A DNA stretch of 57,749 nt, counting the filler, from Sphacelaria rigidula (taxonomy: Eukaryota), in NCBI GenBank assembly GCA_964200075.2. It is 9 parts of 9 records of this genome, joined end to end, with 100 filler letters (N's around TTAATTAATTAA, not from the genome) between each part and the next. Parts side by side here need not be neighbours in the genome. Positions count along the whole stretch, not along the records: positions 44,996 to 51,322 come from CAXNAA020020755.1; positions 51,423 to 57,749 come from CAXNAA020020756.1; 7 more parts are not named here. The stretch is one strand, 5' to 3'. Shown piece by piece: positions 50,741 to 57,749 of the stretch (position 1 is its first letter; the number at the start of each line of letters is the position of its first letter). The translations under genes and the position numbers were made by a program. The notes below the pieces were generated by a model, which worked only from the letters and a program-made list of their open reading frames with translations, did not search any database and was not told the DNA's origin.

Positions 50741-52529
50741 TTCGGTCACTCCGTGTAGAATTCATCGCTGTTGATATGCTGTGCAGCCTTTACAGCACGC
50801 ATACAATACACTCCATGCAAAACGGGCATGGCACTGGCAGAAAAGAACGGTCGAGAAGTGGCAGGGGTGAGAATTGAACTCGCGGCGTTCTGCCCAAGAG
50901 TACTGAGGTACTTGATTCATGGCTAGCTGCGCAATTATTATGTGCTTCTGATAACTATCAAACAAAAGCATACTCGGTTGAGTGATTTTGGTAGACTGCG
51001 GACCACGGGGTTTTCAAAAGCAATGGGCACTCATATGCGAGGTATATAACGTCATCTCAATATCCACGTCTTGAGCGAAAGCGTCATATCTAAACTCGTA
51101 GACGTGTGGGCATACACTCGATCTTAATCAGTGTGTCGGATCTTCATTCAGCAAAAGCTGTTCGACATATATCATTTTTTCGCCCAATATAATATATATG
51201 AGCGAGAAAAGGATCTACTTCGAACAGCTTCTTCTGCTGTTCGAAATATATCCTCTTTTAACAGGGTTGCCAGAAAAATGAGAACGTATTTTGAAATGAG
51301 CATCAACCGCTCTCCGGGATTGNNNNNNNNNNNNNNNNNNNNNNNNNNNNNNNNNNNNNNNNNNNNTTAATTAATTAANNNNNNNNNNNNNNNNNNNNNN
51401 NNNNNNNNNNNNNNNNNNNNNNTAATATAGAGTACCCCCCCCCCCCCCCCCCTACGGCATGAGTACACCCCCCCCCCGCCTTCACCGGAGGACCAGTCGC
51501 CAGCATCGTGCACAGACCTCTCCACTCCATACGCGCCTAAAATTCTGAGATTATATGCGTAGTCTAACTTCGAGATAAGCGAATGTCCACAACAATGTTG
51601 TATATGGAGTTGAGGCCAAATCTTGATGGTAGTAGGATTTATATTAACATAGGAAGATCGTGGTGTTTTGTTTTTTGCACTGTCCTCCACGTATCTGTCG
51701 ATAGCGTTTTTTGTTTTTTCATTGTTGTTGTTTTCGTATACTGATATAAAATTCGGGCTAAATCGTTTTTCATCGACAAGGCAAATCGTTTTATTCACGG
51801 GTGGTACTGTGAAAGGCACGTACGAACAAGTACACCTTGGAATGCCCATGATGGCGTTATGTTTATCAGTTGTTCTTGGACGCACTGCCTTCATCAACTC
51901 GGCAGCTTTTATTCCGTTGACGGAGGACTGCAAAGTCATGATCCCGAGGGCATGGCGCTTGTGCGGTCCAGCACAGCCATGTTCTTTGGTATATTATGGC
52001 GGGTATATACCTTCTCGGGTAATTTTGACGGGTAATTTGACGACACGGATCATCATTCTAATGGTCATGCTCCAACGAAAAACGTGCCGTCGGTTGATCG
52101 CTTGATTGCTTGATTGCTTGATTGCTTGATCGAGTATCGCACATCATCTTCGTTGATGCAGCCATGAATAGTGTTCTTGGCTGGCACTACATATTGTAAA
52201 GGCGGGTTTACACGGAGAAAGAAACGACGTGAAGGGAGAACAGGGGCATTCTTTTTTTTTCAATGCGTATGCCTGACTGTAAAAGTATCCACTTGAAGAA
52301 GTACCTCTTCAAGAATAGCTTGCAATGCTGCACCACCAGGGACGCCGACTCCTCCTTTGTGCTTTCATGTTCATGTATTACGCGTTGATGTGCACTCGAA
52401 GATACATCTGCACATGACATGCCGTTGCTCCTCTGGGTCAATTTCATCGCCTTATTTTTTCGGTGTTCTCATGTCGTCGTCGTCGTCGTCGTCGTTGTTG
52501 TTATCGTTTTGTGTTTTATTATGGAGTAG

Positions 52530-52713
52530 GAGGTGACGTCGGCAAAGGACGAAGCGTTGCGATCCAACGAAGCCATGCGTAAGAAGCTGAGGGACTTGGA
52601 GGGCACCCTCAGAGGCGTGTCGGAGGAGGCGTTGCTTGTCTTGGAGAAAAAGGAGGCCGTGTTGCGGCGGGTCGAACAAGAAAGAAATAAAGAAAGGGAA
52701 GGCTTCGACACAG
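52530..52713 (+). CDS. Coiled-coil protein, visible exon 1
   Basis: TAG acceptor and CAG|GTGCGT donor. Peptide EVTSAKDEALRSNEAMRKKLRDLEGTLRGVSEEALLVLEKKEAVLRRVEQERNKEREGFDT ends in phase 1. Confidence 0.8.
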
Positions 52714-53298
52714 GTGCGTCCGCGAGTCACCGCGTGCCCCGAGCGGATTACATCACTGGTACGTAAGTGATTGGATTTTCATAGGTCACGGGCTTCATGA
52801 CCCCGCGGTGCTGAGATTCTAAGGTTTTAACCTCGGTTTTTCCTGAATGAGGAAACCCCTTGTCCTCTTTTTCTCCTTTTCTCGAGGTTTCTTGAGCGAA
52901 TGCTTCCGTTTGTGTTGGCCTCGGTTATTTGTACGTCTATGTTGTGTCTAATCACCACTGCTAGATTATGACTCGTAGCGGTTGCGTTGGTTTGCGATGG
53001 ACCAGCTAGTCCACACGGCCTCCGACGGCCAAAAGATGCAGCGTGTCGAAGAATCTCGATGAGGTATTTTCCAGCGGCGAAATTTTCTGGCGACCTGGCC
53101 GCCGCCGAACTTGTCATTAAACATGTTGCCGCCGCAGTTGTCGTGAGAAAATCGAGGGTGGAATTCTTGGTGCCTCCGGCTTTCGCGATTTGGCTGTTGA
53201 CCTACTGTCTATTTTACTGTAAGCTATATCTAGCCCGGTGGGTGGTTCCGTAGTTGCGGCCGCTGTGCACCAGTTCGTGCTTGGCACTGAGAATTTTC

Positions 53299-53468
53299 CA
53301 CACCTTGGACAATATATGCTCAATAGTTGCAATAGACAAGAAACGTACTGCATAAGGTATAGGTCTATTGCGACGATGGTCAGCCGACAAAAGTGACAAT
53401 AGGCCTATACTTCATGCGGTACACTTCTCGTCTATTGCATCTATTAACAACATATTGTCCATGGTGTG
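53299..53468. mobile_element. 170-bp fold-back MITE with perfect 8-bp TSD
   Basis: ~70-bp arms CACACCTTGGACAATAT...GTATAGGTCTATTG and CAATAGGCCTATAC...ATATTGTCCATGGTGTG. GAATTTTC is duplicated at 53291-53298 and 53469-53476. Confidence 0.88.
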
Positions 53469-54509
53469 GAATTTTCGCGGCTTGATCGAGTTGGATAGTT
53501 TGCCAATGACGCGAGCGCATCTGCTTATGCCCAACGGCGTGACACTTCATTTTCCAGTATAGTCGATTTAGTTATGTTTGGTTTCGAGTCTGTACAGAAA
53601 TTGGCGCATCTCGCCCTTGTCTCGGTGAAGCTTTCCCACTCCAACTACAGGGATCACAATGGTGTAGGGAGTCGGATAGGGCTTTGCTCTCGACAGTGCA
53701 ACAGAGATCCATTGGCCGGGCTTCTCAGAAAAAGGGGGCGCAGGAGAGCAGTATGTAGTATGCAGTAGTCTGGAATAATGACTTTCCTCGAGTCTGCGTG
53801 CATTTTACTATTCCCGTCTAGACAACGATACAGGGAAAGCTCGATATTGCGGCTGAATGATGCCGCAGCCAACCCTTTGATTGTTTTTTCCCTCTCACAC
53901 CATCCCCCGTCCCCCCCACTCAATGGTCTTATGACTATGGCATGCATGATCATGAGTACACCACCCCCTCGAAGGTTGGAGTCGGTTGACAACGATGCTA
54001 TCAAATACGCCATTCACTGCATAAATCGGGTTATCGTTTCCGTTTTCGCTTGCGTTTTTTTTGCGGTAACCATGATGGTTGTCGAGGTAGATCATATTGT
54101 GCGGGGTGGGAGAACCTCAACTCCGTGCAAAGAGGATGGTAGTACTACGTAGTGTTTACATGCTGAGACACCCATGAGGCGGTGTGTAACCCGTGGCTGT
54201 CTCTGGAAGTGGCGACACCAGAAAATGAAGCATTTCATTGTCGGCTGTCATCCATGTGCAAGATGATCAGTAGGCTTCGAGCTGGACAATGGTAGCAGGA
54301 TGAAGCTCACCCTTCATGCGACTCGACACATCACGGCGCTTCACGCTTGGCGATAGCGGGCCTGGTCCGACGAAAACCCGGGGTGCTCCGTCCCGGCTTT
54401 GTAGGTATGCAAGATTATGAGTACACTCCCCCCCGTTGCAACCCTCAAACCCACCAAATGAAGAACAATTCTCGCCCCCTCAAAAAATGATAAAAAAACG
54501 GCTCATCAG

Positions 54510-54781
54510 AGATCAAGGACCTACACCGTTCTCTGGAGCGTTCTTCGGCCGAATGTTCCCGTCTAGAGACCCAACTTGCCAACGCTAATGCTGCGGTAAC
54601 GGCCGAGAAGGAGAACTTCGCCAATGCGGAGACCGCTGCGGCAGGGGCGGCCGTTTCAGAATCAGCGGCCAAGGCTAGGGTGGCCGTTGCGATTGGAGCT
54701 CGGCAGGATGCGGAGAAGCGCGCGTCGGAGGCTCGGGAACGGGTTATTGAGTTGGAGGGTGTTTTGGCGGCTGAACGGCAG
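54510..54781 (+). CDS. Coiled-coil protein, visible exon 2
   Basis: CAG acceptor with a phase-1 start compatible with exon 1. Peptide (E)IKDLHRSLERSSAECSRLETQLANANAAVTAEKENF...ARERVIELEGVLAAERQ; GTGATG donor. Confidence 0.8.
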
Positions 54782-55797
54782 GTGATGTAGGGGTTTTGGT
54801 CTCTCCCCCCCCTCTCGCCCTATCCCAGCCACTCCGAAACGTGACTAGAGTACAAATACACTGCGCTTGCGGACTTTCTGCTTAATTGGTTTGCCATTCT
54901 ATTTCTCCTTCATGGACGAGTGATTCGGGCGTTTCTTCGTTTTGTGCCAGTCAGCGTTTTTTGTCGCCGTTGTCCTGGCGGAGTGGGGTTTTGTAGAGGC
55001 AGGGATGGGTAGGCGTGGACTGTTCGGTAAAACAGGAGCGTTTGTCTCGGTGAAGTCGCGTTAAGGCAGTAGGTGATTCTCCTCAGGGCTTGCTCTCCAA
55101 GTGCCAAGGAAGAGAGAGAAAATGATTTGGGAAGACTTTCCTAGCGGAAAGACAAGTACGAGGTAGAAAGTGAAAATCAAAGCGTCACAATTAAGCCAGG
55201 CTAGTACTACGGTGGAGGACCACGTGGTCCCCCACCGTAGTACTGGCGTGGCCCGATGCTTAATTTGATTTGGCTTGGCTTTAAACAGGGTTCCGCTTGT
55301 AACGAGTTGTGTGACGTGTAATGTTACCTTGTGACGTGTAACAAACTTTGGGACGTGTAACGCTAAGTGACCGGAAATACATAAATGAATAAGAAAAGTA
55401 ATTCTTTTTTTTTCTTTTTTATTCGCCGCGCTGTTTTTGTGTTGATTGATTTGGAGCTGTGCTGTGTGTTCCTTTCATCATTTTTGGTGGGCGGGCGAAG
55501 TTCCTGACGGAGTGAGACGAGGAACAATTATGCCCGTTCAGTAGGTTGAGCTGAAACAAAAAATCCCTGCTTAAACTCACTCTTTTTTGTGATAAGAAGC
55601 CCCCTCTTGGTTGCAGCGACCGTGTATCAAACACTCCCTTCCACACCCCTCTTCATTGAGTTACTAGACGCGGTCTTTCGCAACTGGGCAAATTTCACAT
55701 TTCACCCAACTCGAAAGGTGAGGTCAAGTTAACGCCCTCTACCCCCTTCCACGCGAGCCTCTGCTGAATCCGGTTTCCCATCATCGCATCGGCTCAG

Positions 55798-55941
55798 GCG
55801 TCGGCACGGCGGCTGGAAGAAATGGAGAAGGCGTGCGAGGAGCTGCGGTTTCGCGTCAACGCCGCGGGAGGCGAGATGGAGGATGAGCGGGCGCGTCAGA
55901 AGGCGGAGCTAGAGGACGTACTGCGGCAGAAGGATGACATG
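55798..55941 (+). CDS. Coiled-coil protein, visible exon 3
   Basis: CAG acceptor, GTAAGG donor, phase 0/0. Peptide ASARRLEEMEKACEELRFRVNAAGGEMEDERARQKAELEDVLRQKDDM. Confidence 0.82.
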
Positions 55942-55964
55942 GTAAGGTTCACCTAATGTCTCTG

Positions 55965-56005
<41 letters not shown>

Positions 56006-56021
56006 GTGTGTCTGGCAACAG

Positions 56022-56085
56022 GTCAACGAATTCATTCCCGTACTCGTGGGCCCGTGGCGTGAACTGTGCATGAAGATATTGAGGC
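56022..56085 (+). CDS. Possible exon 4 of the coiled-coil protein
   Basis: aacag acceptor after an 80-bp (GT)n-containing intron, and a GTGAGT donor. Peptide VNEFIPVLVGPWRELCMKILR is in phase 0, but its composition differs from the other exons. Confidence 0.4.
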
Positions 56086-57675
56086 GTGAGTACGCGGTCT
56101 TTTGAGGTACATTATCAGGTTTCACACACACAGCATCAGACACGCGGGGCTGCGGGTATAACATATGCGCTTCTTGAAAGTTCAGGGTGGTGAGGCTGGC
56201 CGAGTACGCTGTACCAAAATACCTACGGATATATTGGTCGAACTGTCCTTCCACTTCTGGGCATCCGACCCAGCGAACATCCCTGCTGCACCCCCTATAT
56301 GCTCGTATTGGGGATCAGTTTTATGCTTTTCTCTGCTGTGTTCTTTTCATCCACGGCGTAACATTCCGGAGCAACGTTCACAGCAGACTGGGGGTCTGTG
56401 CCTTTCCGCTCGCACAGATGAAAATTCAGGGGGCAAGAAAGCGGGGGTGAAACACTCCGTGAAGAACTTATTGATTATTTCGGACTTTTCGTCCACTTTA
56501 GGCGTCAATCTTTTGCCCGGCAGACATGATCATCTTTTGTTCGAGCGCTCTGACTAACGCGCGAAATGATGAGAAACCAGTTGTACCAATTCCGTCTTCG
56601 ATCTGAAGATATGGGATTGGCTGGGGAGAGTCTTTGCTTTGCCAACGAAGAACGTCCTGCACCCTTGCCAAGATTGGTAGCAAAAGTCTTGATTTTCTCT
56701 CCAACGTGAAGATATCCCAACTGATTTTAGACATGATCCCGTGCCGCGAGGTGTAGGTGAACCCTGCCGCTCTTGGGCGCACTTCGATATGGTCACATCG
56801 AGCAGTGGGTCAAAATATTTAAATTGACCTCGATACGGGGTGTTCTCTCCCCATGGTATAGGCTATCGCATCGTGAACCGATCGCCACGGCATACCCGCA
56901 GTGAAAGACGACATCGTGTAAAATTTGCACTCGACCCTTTTCTGTGTACAGGCCGAGCCCATTCAGGCAGACCAAAAACGCCCTGCCTACGTTTCTCATC
57001 CCGTTTTTGGAGTCGAAGACCCCGAGTTTCGAGGAAAGGCGCGTATCGACAGTTCGGAGATCGTCTCGACGTGGTCCAAAGAAAAAAAAGCGATTTTGGG
57101 GTCATGGATACTCTCCAGCTATCTACAAAAATGCGACAAGTCTCCTTCCAACCCTCTTGCAGAAGCCTCCTAGTTTTCAGTGTGCTTTTACCCTTTTTTT
57201 TTCAGGCTCTGAACTCCCAGAACCAAAATTGCGAAATGCCGCTCCGCACCTATCTTCCGTGGGTCCGAAAAGGGGTCGTGCACTGATAAGGCTGTAATCA
57301 TGTAGAGCTAAATTGTCTCCCACGATCGGAGCTGGCAGCTGCTGTGGGTGTCACACGATAATCTTCGCTGCTGACACTGCCCCGAACCGTCGGAAAGAGT
57401 GTGCGGTCGGAGGCTTGCACTCTAGCTCTCCAGGAAACCCCATGTTTGCGGTAGTATTCGCAGCTGGTCACGGTATTTGACCTTTCCAACGTTTTCGCTT
57501 TTTCTTGGGTTGCCGCAGCTCTCACACCCCGCTGCCCATGCATGCTCCCTCTCTCGCCCCGTGTTCAACACGCCTATTTCGACGGACAGTAACTAACGAC
57601 GCCACAAACGTTTCTCCCATGCTCTAGTACATATTGTGTACCTTTCTCCCCGTACGACCTTTTTGTTGCGTATAA

Positions 57676-57749
57676 TCGCCCCGGTGGCTCAGTTGGTAAC
57701 CTCGTAACCTTCTGATGGTTGAGTTGGGGGGTTCGATTCCCGGAGCGAT
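57676..57749 (+). mobile_element. tRNA-derived SINE head at contig end
   Basis: TCGCCCCGGTGGCTCAGTTGGTAACCTCGTAACCTTCTGATGGTTGAGTTGGGGGGTTCGATTCCCGG has Pol III A and B boxes but no clean acceptor or anticodon stems, and is multicopy in the window. Confidence 0.85.

Noticed and set aside
6329..51422. Regular 6.43-kb periodic TTAATTAATTAA motif, and any apparent gene neighbourhood across it
   Set aside because: It is an artificial linker between length-sorted contigs. ORFs ending in XXXLIN and any cross-contig synteny are artefacts.
57676..57749. Functional tRNA gene
   Set aside because: A and B boxes are present but no canonical cloverleaf forms, and related copies continue into a SINE body and tail.

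Overview
This is eukaryotic DNA, not one continuous locus. It is nine unlinked draft contigs of 6328 or 6327 bp (1-6328, 6429-12756, 12857-19184, 19285-25612, 25713-32040, 32141-38468, 38569-44895, 44996-51322, 51423-57749) joined by artificial 100-bp N44-TTAATTAATTAA-N44 spacers, so nothing can be inferred from proximity across a spacer. Short GT-AG exons in 0.6-2 kb introns and the repeat families suggest a stramenopile, probably a brown alga (inference only). Supportable coding pieces are four phase-compatible exons of an ABCC/MRP transporter, three or four exons of a coiled-coil protein, one cyclic-nucleotide-binding-domain exon, one AA15-like LPMO exon, one unknown exon and a dead Ty1/copia gag-pol. 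The rest is repeat-rich. It holds a ~255-bp satellite (at least 21 units, with 3-unit periodicity, next to degenerate TTAGGG repeats), a tRNA-derived SINE family (8 copies), a TTAA-joined chain of ~100-bp piggyBac-like MITEs, several fold-back MITEs with 8-bp target-site duplications, a 2.1-kb non-autonomous hAT-like element and an abundant ~50-75-bp element embedded in G-tracts. I found no multi-gene novel system. The most unusual signals are these repeat architectures and the LPMO-like exon.
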